A stretch of DNA of 63,876 bases, the filler included, from Limisphaerales bacterium (GTDB lineage Bacteria; Verrucomicrobiota; Verrucomicrobiia; Limisphaerales; SIBE01), in the NCBI GenBank assembly GCA_044225505.1. It is 9 parts of 9 records of this genome, joined end to end, with 100 filler letters (N's around TTAATTAATTAA, not from the genome) between each part and the next. Parts side by side here need not be neighbours in the genome. Positions count along the whole stretch, not along the records: positions 44,632 to 51,752 come from JBGAIN010000280.1; positions 51,853 to 58,835 come from JBGAIN010000281.1; 7 more parts are not named here. One strand, written 5' to 3'. Each line of letters opens with the position of its first letter. Within the stretch, counting starts at the first letter, position 1. Under the pieces are notes generated by a model, which was not told the origin of the DNA, made no database searches, and saw only the letters and a list, made by a program, of their open reading frames with translations. The position numbers and the translations under genes are program-made. Shown one piece after another: positions 44,632 to 53,016 of this stretch.

Positions 44632-44865
44632 AAGCTTGCCTTTGTACTTCACCGTCACCCGCTCCGACTTCTTGCCGAGGAAAACGCCGAAACCGCTCAC
44701 ATACAGCTGGGCGCCGCTTTCTGTCTTCAGCAGGCTGACGACCTCGTTGTCGCGAATTAGCGCCGGTTCTGCAAACGCCAATCGCAACTGCTCCGGCTCG
44801 GGCGCCTCATAGCTCTCGGTCACCCAGTTCCACTGTCTCGGCCAAACCTGCGCCAAAGCCGCCAT
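44632..44865 (-). CDS. cas1: CRISPR-associated Cas1 N-terminus, 3'-truncated by contig end
   Basis: LYVSGFGVFLGKKSERVTVK resembles the Cas1 N-terminal strands; RBS GGAGG; directly downstream of cas3. Confidence 0.7.
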
Positions 44866-44883
44866 AGCACCTCCCGCCTCTTG

Positions 44884-47208
44884 CTAGAGTCCGTCTCCCT
44901 CCCCGAGCTTCCGGATCTCCAAGCCGGAATCAGGCGAGTAGAATCGATCCACAATCGCCACATTGTCCTTCCACTCCGCCCCATCGCGCATGCTCCTCAG
45001 TTGACGCCCGCTCACCGGAATAGTGAGGGCGCTTGCTCGCGCGGGTTCTTGCTTCAACAAGTACTCATACTCTTTCTGGAGTGCACGAGGAAGAACTTCG
45101 TAGCCGTCGAACATGTCCTTAAACATCTGTCGAAGATGGTCGCTCGTCCCAACAAACGGCAGACAGTTGCTCAGCACCTCGGACTCGAATCGAGTCATCG
45201 CCGTGCGTAACGTGGTCTCCCATTCTGTGCCCATCTCGCTGTCATAGATTCGGTCGATCATTCCTTGGAGGGCGAGCTCATCAAGTCCAGTTCCGTTCCA
45301 ATGCTCCAACTCATCAATCGCAAAGCGAACCAGTCGCGCGTCATACACGGGTGAGCCATTGGGGATTACCCTACTGACGAATACCGGACGAAGGCCACGC
45401 TTGTTAGCACCTGCTTGACGGTTCACCCTACCGAATCTCTGAAACAGCGCTTCCAAGGGCGCGGGATCCGAAAATAGCGCGTCGAAATCGACATTGAGGC
45501 TTACCTCGACCACCTGAGTGGCGACTAACACGACTGCCTCCCTGGCAGCCTGATCCACGCCCCTCGCTTCAGCGAGTCTCTGCTCCTTTCGTGAACGATC
45601 TTGCCCATTGAAACGGCTGTGCAACAGTTCGACTGGCAGGGTGAGCCGCTCCTTAAGCTTCCGATAAACCTGTTTGGCGCGTTCCACTGTGGTGGCCACA
45701 ATCAACGGTGATCCGCCGGACTTTACGAACTGGACAATGCGCTCAATACTTGACTCGCTCACCAATTCCTCATCGACTAAATGAACTTCATGGCGGCGAA
45801 AGGACTCGCGCAAGCTGTCTTCGGCCTCCACGATCTGCATGCCCTGAAACTGTTCGGCCAGCAAGCTCGATAGGCGCCTTGGAAATGTAGCCGACATGAA
45901 GAAAAACTTCGCACCGTGATCCTTGGCAAGATGACGACAAAGAGCCAGTATCCGCCCCAGCCGCCCAGCATCATAGGCATGAATTTCATCGAGCACAAAG
46001 CACGACCCAGCGGCGTCCGTCCAAATCGCCTCCTGCCCACGCAGACCAAAAGCTGCGCCGAGCCAAGGGTAAGGACTCATAACTCGAATTGGCAGGGCAT
46101 GGAGCCGAGCCAAGCTTCGAGCGTTCTTGGCAATGCGTTGAGCATCTGCTTCCGCGTACCCTTTGTCCAGAGCCTGGGCGTATAGGGCTTGCAGGCTTCG
46201 AGAATGATGCAATGCCACCAACTCTCTGTTTGCGCCAAACGTTCGGTCAAGGCGCGTTTTCATGGCGTTCATGCTGGCTTGGAACGGAAGGCTGTAAAAG
46301 AGATTCGCCTCGTAGCTGCTATGACGTCGTTGGTTCTGATACCAAAGCAGCGCGGCCTCGGTCTTTCCACTCCCGGTCGGGGCAACCAACAAGCCGTGCC
46401 CCACCACTTCCGACGCGGCCCTTTGGTGGTAATACCAACTGTTTGCAGGAGGAAAAGAACTTTGGCTCATCGCTGCATTGAGGTCGCTTAGCCCCAGATA
46501 ACTTAAATCTTGTGCGGCCGATGCGGAATGGTCCGCGATCATCAATGCCCCTCGCAGAAAACGCCCTTCCATGAACGAAGTATCGGCAGCCCCCAAGCTA
46601 TCGACGTACTCTCGGCATTCCGTCGCTGTATCCTCTATCGACGTCCAAGCTTCACCTTCTGGCCACGGTCTCCGCGCGCCCTCCGACCAATTCTTCGGGA
46701 ACGGTCCGGCCGTCAGTTCGACGGCTGGCCAAATCAGTTCCGTTAGAAGTCTCTGAGCGATTGAAAGCCAATTGCTACCCAATTCCTTCTTCGTTCCCGG
46801 TGTCGGACCGCCGCAACACTCGCCGAACGCTCTGTTCCACTCCTTGTGGTGAGTAAGAATAGCGGCGCCAATGCGCGCCCGATCGGTAACGTCAGGCACA
46901 ATCCAACGGACCATTGCGACGGAGAACACCTCGTGACGCAGACCGAAACGTCTGGCGTGTCCATGCACCACAGCCTGAAACCCCGGACAGCACTTTCCGA
47001 GGTCGTGTAACGTAGCAGCCAGCAGCAAACGGCTCCAGAACCGATCGTCACCGATCAGAAGGCCGAGATCGATCGTCCTTTTTCGCAACGCCACAATTGA
47101 TTTAATGACGTCGAGTGTATGGCTAGTTAGTCTCTGCCCATCTGGGTCATCGCCGGTCGGCGACTTCGCCCAAATTGATTCGTCGAGTCTAGCCGTCTCC
47201 AAATCCAT
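44884..47208 (-). CDS. cas3: CRISPR-associated HD nuclease/helicase Cas3
   Basis: WAKS...SHTLDV, LHDLGK, IADHSAS, APTGSGKT, DEIH, MSAT, HSRF, ATQVVEVSLN and QRFGRVNR; likely start MDLETARL overlaps the cas5 end. Confidence 0.96.
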   Translation of the reverse strand: MDLETARLDESIWAKSPTGDDPDGQRLTSHTLDVIKSIVALRKRTIDLGLLIGDDRFWSRLLLAATLHDLGKCCPGFQAVVHGHARRFGLRHEVFSVAMVRWIVPDVTDRARIGAAILTHHKEWNRAFGECCGGPTPGTKKELGSNWLSIAQRLLTELIWPAVELTAGPFPKNWSEGARRPWPEGEAWTSIEDTATECREYVDSLGAADTSFMEGRFLRGALMIADHSASAAQDLSYLGLSDLNAAMSQSSFPPANSWYYHQRAASEVVGHGLLVAPTGSGKTEAALLWYQNQRRHSSYEANLFYSLPFQASMNAMKTRLDRTFGANRELVALHHSRSLQALYAQALDKGYAEADAQRIAKNARSLARLHALPIRVMSPYPWLGAAFGLRGQEAIWTDAAGSCFVLDEIHAYDAGRLGRILALCRHLAKDHGAKFFFMSATFPRRLSSLLAEQFQGMQIVEAEDSLRESFRRHEVHLVDEELVSESSIERIVQFVKSGGSPLIVATTVERAKQVYRKLKERLTLPVELLHSRFNGQDRSRKEQRLAEARGVDQAAREAVVLVATQVVEVSLNVDFDALFSDPAPLEALFQRFGRVNRQAGANKRGLRPVFVSRVIPNGSPVYDARLVRFAIDELEHWNGTGLDELALQGMIDRIYDSEMGTEWETTLRTAMTRFESEVLSNCLPFVGTSDHLRQMFKDMFDGYEVLPRALQKEYEYLLKQEPARASALTIPVSGRQLRSMRDGAEWKDNVAIVDRFYSPDSGLEIRKLGEGDGL

Positions 47209-47944
47209 GAAAGACGACACCTCGCTTGACTCCATCTCGAACTTTAGTGTCTGGATCGACGAGCCAATACTTCTGAGTCTCGTCCAGGTACTTCCAACTC
47301 GGCGCAATCGAGCCTTCGGAGCTGCCGCAGTAAAGCCGTTCACGCAACACGATGTACCGAGCAAGCTCTGCCTTCCGCTCGGGCGGAGGTGAGATGAAAC
47401 GTGGCATCGTAACCGTAGTCCCCTGGGCAGTAAATGGCCGCATCGAGAAAGGTAGAAGTGTACCTTGGAGGTACGCACCGGCCTCCGCCTTCAGCTCTAT
47501 CGTGTCGACACTGATCACGTCCGCGAGATCCTGCGACCGCCCCAACACCACGCAGAATGCCGGCCTGCGGAACGCATCCGCCCAATCTACACGATCAAGA
47601 TAGAGAGTCAGCCTAGCCCGAAAATGAAAGTCTCGGTACTGCGGCTGAACATTGCCTTCAATGTTCTTTGGAATCTTCTCACCTTGGTCTTTGAAGCTCC
47701 CACCTTGAGCATAAACGATATGCTGATGTTCTAGGTCGCTCGATCGTGCCTCCGATTCGAAATGATATCCGAACCGGAAACTTTCTCGATTGGGAATTTC
47801 ACCCAGCGCACTGGCGACATGCCCAAAGATCGTCGAGGGCGGCGGCATCTCGAATGTAGGTTGCCGAGCAATCAGCAAATGAGGGTGCCGAAACGAGGCT
47901 ACCCTAGCTTCTACCACGACACGTAAGACCGCTTGGTCAGGCAT
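47189..47944 (-). CDS. cas5: Type I-B Cas5
   Basis: ASFRHPH...QPTFEMPPPSTIFGHVASALG and VLGRSQDL. Confidence 0.94.
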   Translation of the reverse strand: MPDQAVLRVVVEARVASFRHPHLLIARQPTFEMPPPSTIFGHVASALGEIPNRESFRFGYHFESEARSSDLEHQHIVYAQGGSFKDQGEKIPKNIEGNVQPQYRDFHFRARLTLYLDRVDWADAFRRPAFCVVLGRSQDLADVISVDTIELKAEAGAYLQGTLLPFSMRPFTAQGTTVTMPRFISPPPERKAELARYIVLRERLYCGSSEGSIAPSWKYLDETQKYWLVDPDTKVRDGVKRGVVFHGFGDG

Positions 47945-49010
47945 ACCAGTCGGCGTTTGCAGACTTGCTCAACTCTGCGGCCATCGCCTCAAATTGCTCG
48001 ACCGGGTGAGCGAGAACAACCTTCACCGGACCGGAATAACTCGCTATCGCGCGCTCAAGTCTTCCTCGTTCTTCGTCGAGGAACCCCTTTTGCCATCCAA
48101 TCAGAACGGGTGAGAGAAAATCCTGCTCGTACACCGACAGTATCTCCGCGAACGCGTCTATATGAAACGACGTACTTCGATCCCTGGCGGCTGTAAAGAT
48201 TCGAGAAAACGGATTATTGCCGTGACGTGTAACCGCTAATACGTTCACCGCTGGCGTGATATCCGTATAGTGCAACGCTTGTTTAGCTCCGCCACTCCAA
48301 AATTTGAATGCCCGCAGGAGGGTGCTTACCCGCTCCTGTCGCTGATCCAGCGGTAATCGAAACGCCTGCTGATTACGAAGCTGCACAACTTCCAGACCAA
48401 TGGCTTGAGCATGCTCACGGCGATGAGTATCCAAGTTCCGGTAACCGACCCGCTCTCCGTCAAAAAAGGTCCCTGCCGCGGACAGATCTAGCGAGAGCAT
48501 CCCTGATAGATGCGCTCGGTAGAACTCATGTTCAAAAGGTACCGGATCTCCTTCATGTCGGGTCATGGTCCCAAAGTCACTCGTAATAGCAGCAGGAGCC
48601 ACGGAAACGAATGTACTCACCCGAAAAGGAGAGATTCTTGTGATATCACGATCCTTCTCGAGCGGAGCCGGAGGAGTCCCCTTCGCTTCTTTCTTCGATT
48701 CCTTCTTCGAGGGAGCTCGCATATAGCCAAACAAGTCGTCGTCCCAATAGCTAATTGGCTCGGCGTCGGTATAGGCGACTTTGTTCTCACGATGCACGGG
48801 CGCGAACTTCCAATCCGAGCCGTTAGTCTGCAGCGTCATTCTTAACCAATAGCGGACCGCCTGTGCGGACACATATGCATAGACGCCTCCACCAGTCCGA
48901 ATTTTCTTTACTGGAACTGTGTTATCCGTAGCCGCGCTATCCTCTGCCTTACCGTTGTTGAGCGCGGAGGCAGGGCAATCAAGCATGATCAATCCGGTCA
49001 AAAATGGCAC
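47937..49010 (-). CDS. cas7: Type I-B Cas7 (Cst2/DevR family)
   Basis: ASALNNG, YVSAQAVRYWLR, DDDLFGYMRA, RISPFRVS and GGAKQALHYTD. Confidence 0.94.
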   Translation of the reverse strand: MPFLTGLIMLDCPASALNNGKAEDSAATDNTVPVKKIRTGGGVYAYVSAQAVRYWLRMTLQTNGSDWKFAPVHRENKVAYTDAEPISYWDDDLFGYMRAPSKKESKKEAKGTPPAPLEKDRDITRISPFRVSTFVSVAPAAITSDFGTMTRHEGDPVPFEHEFYRAHLSGMLSLDLSAAGTFFDGERVGYRNLDTHRREHAQAIGLEVVQLRNQQAFRLPLDQRQERVSTLLRAFKFWSGGAKQALHYTDITPAVNVLAVTRHGNNPFSRIFTAARDRSTSFHIDAFAEILSVYEQDFLSPVLIGWQKGFLDEERGRLERAIASYSGPVKVVLAHPVEQFEAMAAELSKSANADWYA

Positions 49011-50599
49011 TAGGCCACCTCACTTTCTTTCTCTGACTCGTCTTCCTCCGATTCCTCAGGCAGCACATCTGCATCCATCGCCTTTAAATCGATCAGTTTT
49101 TCTACCACCCGCAGGGAAATCAGTGAACGAACAACTCGCCAATCGCCGACTCGTAAATTGTCATCAATCGCAAAAACTTCAATGTAGTTCGCCCAGCTAA
49201 TCAAAAGCTTCCCACCTTGGGCAACTCTCGATTGCTCTTTTGCCAAGATTGCATGGAGATCCTCCGGCCTTCTTGCCATCAGAATCCGTCGCAGTAGGCG
49301 CTTGTTTCCAGCTGCGATCTCGACCGCAAGCAGATCGCTGAAAGCCTTGATTCGGTCTAACCTGCTACTATTCATTCCCAGCACCTCTATCAGGAAAAGC
49401 TCTGCAATTAGCCACGCACCCTCCCTAATCTGCCCTGTTCTTATCCGGTGTGTGTCTTCACCGCGAAGAATGTCTCCGGCGGCACTATGCATTTTTCTCC
49501 GACTACCCAAAAGATGATATGAGACAAATGCGTTTGCCGCGTCGTCATTAATGCTGCCCTCTTCCGGAAACACTGCCATGAGATCCTGAAGCACGTGATT
49601 TTTCGACGTTCCGGGCTGCTGAAGTGAGCGTCTCCCCGAAGAGGAAGATTCGACCTCGGCGGTGGGCTTGCGATCCTTCTCTTTCTTTCGCTCGGATTCC
49701 CAGGACTTCGCCACAAGCCGTTGCCACGGCTGCCGGTATTCGCCACGCATAGCGTTATTAAGGAACGTGACCAGCGAGCTCGGAATGCCGAATACCCTGA
49801 GCGATGGTCCTTGCCCAGAGTTACTCATCCAAAGAGCCTCGACCGACGCATTAATGCGAGTGAACGACGGAAAGGCAGTCAGCAAAATATCTTGCAAATC
49901 GGAGAGGAGAAGCGTAGCCGGCGCTTTGGCATCAGCATACTTGGGGGAGCCCTTTTGCTTGTCATAAGCCGATAGCGCTCTCTCCAATACGTCATCGGCA
50001 TTTGGCAGCTGATTGGAACGCGCCAAATTGAAGTATCGTTGGTTGTCACGCCAATAGCGCGATGCAAAACTGAGCGTGAGAGTTGGCTGGTCCGAATGAA
50101 CAATCAGCAGTTTTCCCTCGCAACGCCTGCCCGCCAATGGCAAAGTCTGAAGGGCAGTCAAATATGGCCCAGCGATGGCCAGCCCGCCCTGTAAATTCGG
50201 AAAGAAGTTAAACACACCGTCGCCAGTAATCATCGGCATCTGGGATCGGTGAATTATGTGTGTTGCAAGCCCCCCGGAGAACGCACAAGCTAGACCACCA
50301 GCATCTGGGTCGCCGGCATACCGGTGAGCATAGAGCACCCGCCGAACGTACTTCTCGCGGGTCGCAGCTTTCTTTTCCGCTTGGGCTTCTTTCCCAGCAG
50401 GCTGCACGAACTCCGAGTTCATAAAAACACAACTCAGATAGCTCGAGTAGTATGCGTCGAAATAACGCCGCGTCATTTCTTCGGCCGCCTGATCGAGATC
50501 CTCTAGCGTTAGCAACGAAGGGCTCGTTCTCTGGGTAATCGCGCATAATCCCGCGATGCCTACATCGACAAGAGGGTTTCCGGTCCAGTCAAGTAACAC
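49010..50599 (-). CDS. cas8b: Type I-B large subunit Cas8b (Cst1-like)
   Basis: WTGNPLVDVGIA N-terminus, PMITG..VFNFF and MSNSGQGP; precedes cas7; GTG start. Confidence 0.85.
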   Translation of the reverse strand: MLLDWTGNPLVDVGIAGLCAITQRTSPSLLTLEDLDQAAEEMTRRYFDAYYSSYLSCVFMNSEFVQPAGKEAQAEKKAATREKYVRRVLYAHRYAGDPDAGGLACAFSGGLATHIIHRSQMPMITGDGVFNFFPNLQGGLAIAGPYLTALQTLPLAGRRCEGKLLIVHSDQPTLTLSFASRYWRDNQRYFNLARSNQLPNADDVLERALSAYDKQKGSPKYADAKAPATLLLSDLQDILLTAFPSFTRINASVEALWMSNSGQGPSLRVFGIPSSLVTFLNNAMRGEYRQPWQRLVAKSWESERKKEKDRKPTAEVESSSSGRRSLQQPGTSKNHVLQDLMAVFPEEGSINDDAANAFVSYHLLGSRRKMHSAAGDILRGEDTHRIRTGQIREGAWLIAELFLIEVLGMNSSRLDRIKAFSDLLAVEIAAGNKRLLRRILMARRPEDLHAILAKEQSRVAQGGKLLISWANYIEVFAIDDNLRVGDWRVVRSLISLRVVEKLIDLKAMDADVLPEESEEDESEKESEVA

Positions 50600-50699
50600 G
50601 AATTACAATTTGCCTTAATGTATCTCAATTTCAGACGGCGTGGAATACAATTTCACGTCAAGCTAAAAAAAGATTCTCCTCAGTACAGTATCCGTGGGT

Positions 50700-50777
50700 G
50701 TCCCCTACATATCGGGGCAGTCGATGACTCTTGAATACAGATTTCAGTCCCCTTCATTTCGGGTATACTCTGATTGC
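50700..50777 (-). CRISPR. Mini-CRISPR (crRNA-like RNA gene, CreA/CreR-like): one 37-nt repeat, short guide, one truncated degenerate repeat
   Basis: On the minus strand, repeat 1 is GCAATCAGAGTATACCCGAAATGAAGGGGACTGAAAT (50777-50741) and the guide is CTGTATTCAAGAGTCATCGACTG. The repeat 2 core CCCCGATATGTAGGGGAC (50717-50700) is 15/17 identical to the repeat-1 hairpin. Confidence 0.85.
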
Positions 50778-50779
50778 CT

Positions 50780-50871
50780 CGGAGAGAGAGGGATTCGAAC
50801 CCTCGGTTCGTGGTACGAGCACGAACGACCGCTTTGGAGGCAGCTGCATTAAACCACTCTGCCATCTCTCC
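50780..50871 (-). tRNA. Class II tRNA with serine-type body and CCA (Trp) anticodon; CCA tail not encoded
   Basis: GGAGAGA TG GCAGAGTGGTTTAATGC A GCTGC-CTCCAAA-GCGGT C-GTTCGTG-CTCGTAC-CACGAAC-C GAGGG-TTCGAAT-CCCTC TCTCTCC G. It forms a full cloverleaf with a 7-bp variable arm and G73. Confidence 0.92.
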
Positions 50872-50881
50872 GCAGCAACAC

Positions 50882-50911
50882 GGCGGGGCCGCAAGGCCCC
50901 GCCTTAATTTT
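50882..50911. terminator. Strong GC hairpin between the promoter and the tRNA (T-tract only on the + strand)
   Basis: GGCGGGGCC-GCAA-GGCCCCGCC followed by TTAATTTTT on +. Confidence 0.6.
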
Positions 50912-50961
50912 TGCAATGGTCAATCCCTGATGTCAAGATTTATGACTCTTGAATACAGGGG
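50907..50961 (-). promoter_or_regulatory. Sigma70-like promoter of the tRNA/mini-CRISPR unit with adjacent protospacer and PAM-like CCC
   Basis: Minus strand: CCC-CTGTATTCAAGAGTCAT (50958-50942)-AAATC-TTGACA (50936-50931)-18 nt ending TGC-AAAAAT (extended -10-like). Confidence 0.72.
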
Positions 50962-51752
50962 AGTTTTCATTGGAGACTTCCATCCAGCCTTTTCCCCAAA
51001 CCGTCTGCCGCCCCACACCTACCCATCGTCCAGCCTCCAGCCACGCAAGAAATGCACCATACTCGCCCTCATAGTCCACCCATCCAACGAACCCGCCGAT
51101 CTGGTGACGTTGCTTCGTCTTCGAGCTCTTCCTCTCCACGCTGGACCAAGAAACCGTTCCTCCGACGATGCGCAGGCGGTCGGCTGCTTGTATCAGGTCC
51201 TGATAGTCCGCAGTTGGGCGGCCGCCCTGGTACATCGTGCAAAGATTTCCAACGCGCATTGACAACCGTCGAAACAGGGTACCGAACTCAGGTCGAACTG
51301 CCACTTCGCCAGACTCTTTGAACTCGGTCGGAGAAAGAAAATGGACTCGCAGTAACCCGCTGGACGCCAGGGCACTTGCAAGCGGGATCGCAATTCCCGG
51401 TACAGCATTCCCGGCAAGCACTCCATCGGCGTAGACCACAGCCCCTTCGTTCTGGTTGCGGTCGAGCGTGGTGATTCGCGTCAGTAGAACTTTTGCCCGC
51501 CTTGGCCCCACACCTTCTGTGGCCATCTGACGAAACGCTAGGACGAAATAAGCGAACAGATCAGGCTTCCCCGAGAATAGATGCAGGTCGAAGTAGAACG
51601 CGCCCCCCGAAGGAATGGTGTCGCCCCGAAAGCCCGTTGGTCGAAACACAAACGCCCGCGGCGGATCTGCCAAACCGCTGGGGCCACCCTCCCACCTTGG
51701 CTCAAAGACCTGCGCATACGGGCATTCATGTGCCCCGGAGCATTGCGCGGGC
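50933..51752 (-). CDS. cas6: CRISPR-associated endoribonuclease Cas6, 5'-truncated by contig end
   Basis: CPYAQVFEP...PPRAFVFRP, FLSPTEFK, GGFVGWVDYEG and the G-rich loop VGVGRQTVWGKG. Confidence 0.92.
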
Positions 51753-51852
51753 NNNNNNNNNNNNNNNNNNNNNNNNNNNNNNNNNNNNNNNNNNNNTTAA
51801 TTAATTAANNNNNNNNNNNNNNNNNNNNNNNNNNNNNNNNNNNNNNNNNNNN

Positions 51853-52971
51853 CACGCGGACATGCGCAAGGGATTTCATCCCGACTGGAATACCTACATT
51901 TTCAATTACGGTCGGCATGAAGTCCGCAGTTTTCTGCTGAGCAATGCGGTTTTCTGGCTCGATAAATATCATGTGGACGGCCTGCGGGTCGACGCGGTCG
52001 CTTCCATGCTCTACCTCGATTACTCACGCCAGCCAGGTCAGTGGATTCCCAATCAGCACGGCGGGCGCGAGAACCTGGAGGCGATCGGTTTTCTTCGGCA
52101 GTTCAACGACACGGTTAATCGCGAATATCCGGGCGTCCAGACCTACGCCGAAGAATCGACAGCGTGGCCTCAGGTGTCGAGACCTACTCACCTGGGTGGT
52201 TTGGGCTTCAGCTTCAAGTGGGACATGGGCTGGATGCACGACACGCTGCACTATTTTGCCTGTGATCCAATCCATCGCAAACACCATCACAGACGCCTGA
52301 CTTTTCGTAGCTTGTATGCCTTTGCCGAGAATTTTGTCCTGCCGCTCTCCCACGATGAGGTCGTGTTCGGCAAAGGCTCCTTGATTTCCAGAATGCCTGG
52401 GGATGAATGGCAGAAATTTGCCAATCTTCGCCTCCTGCTGGCCTATCAGTGGGCGCAGCCTGGCAAGAAGCTTTTGTTTATGGGTGGCGAATTTGGTCAA
52501 TGGAACGAATGGTATCATGAAGCCAGCCTCGACTGGCACGTTGTGAGAAATAACAACCGTCACAACGGACTTCAAAAACTGGTGGGCCATCTGAACTGGC
52601 TTTATAGGCAGGAACTCGCCCTGCACGAGGGTGATGCCTCACCCCCTGCTTTTGAATGGGTGGACGCGGACGATGCCGATCAGAGCACGCTCAGTTTTTT
52701 GCGCAAGTCGGAGCGCACAGGCGACGTAATCCTTACGGTATTCAACTTCACTCCGGTGCCGCGGCACAATGCTAGGATTGGTGTGCCGCGAGACGGCTTC
52801 TGGCGAGAAATCCTAAACTCGGACGCCATGGAGTATGGCGGCAGCGGTCAGGGCAATCAAGGTGGCACGGAGGCAGCACCTTTCGGCTGGCACTCCAAAT
52901 CCCATTCAGTCGCTATCACCTTGCCACCGCTGGCAGCGGTGTTTTTCAAGCACAACGAACCAAAGCGATAA
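51853..52971 (+). CDS. glgB: 1,4-alpha-glucan branching enzyme, 5'-truncated
   Basis: [44 protein letters not shown] and NFTPVPR. Confidence 0.97.
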   Translation, partial: HADMRKGFHPDWNTYIFNYGRHEVRSFLLSNAVFWLDKYHVDGLRVDAVASMLYLDYSRQPGQWIPNQHGGRENLEAIGFLRQFNDTVNREYPGVQTYAEESTAWPQVSRPTHLGGLGFSFKWDMGWMHDTLHYFACDPIHRKHHHRRLTFRSLYAFAENFVLPLSHDEVVFGKGSLISRMPGDEWQKFANLRLLLAYQWAQPGKKLLFMGGEFGQWNEWYHEASLDWHVVRNNNRHNGLQKLVGHLNWLYRQELALHEGDASPPAFEWVDADDADQSTLSFLRKSERTGDVILTVFNFTPVPRHNARIGVPRDGFWREILNSDAMEYGGSGQGNQGGTEAAPFGWHSKSHSVAITLPPLAAVFFKHNEPKR

Positions 52972-53016
52972 ACCCAGCGGGTTCCACGAAGCAAAGAACC
53001 AGCTGGAGACTCACGA

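Noticed and set aside
47209..47478. N-terminal extension of Cas3 in the ORF track
   Set aside because: It overlaps cas5 in another frame; Cas3 similarity starts near the WAKS motif.
50640..50656. Second guide target (TGTATTC) upstream of cas8b
   Set aside because: Only 7 nt match, position 1 is mismatched and there is no CC-type PAM.
50780..50871. Ordinary tRNA-Trp or tRNA-Sec
   Set aside because: tRNA-Trp has a short variable loop, and tRNA-Sec needs a UCA anticodon and an 8/5 fold. This one is 7/5 with Ser-type elements and CCA.
50724..50958. The 17-bp direct repeat flanking the tRNA as attL/attR or a target-site duplication
   Set aside because: It is not part of the tRNA 3' end and no integrase is present. 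One copy begins exactly at the end of a CRISPR-like repeat and the other has a PAM-like CCC beside a -35 box, so a guide/target pair explains it better.
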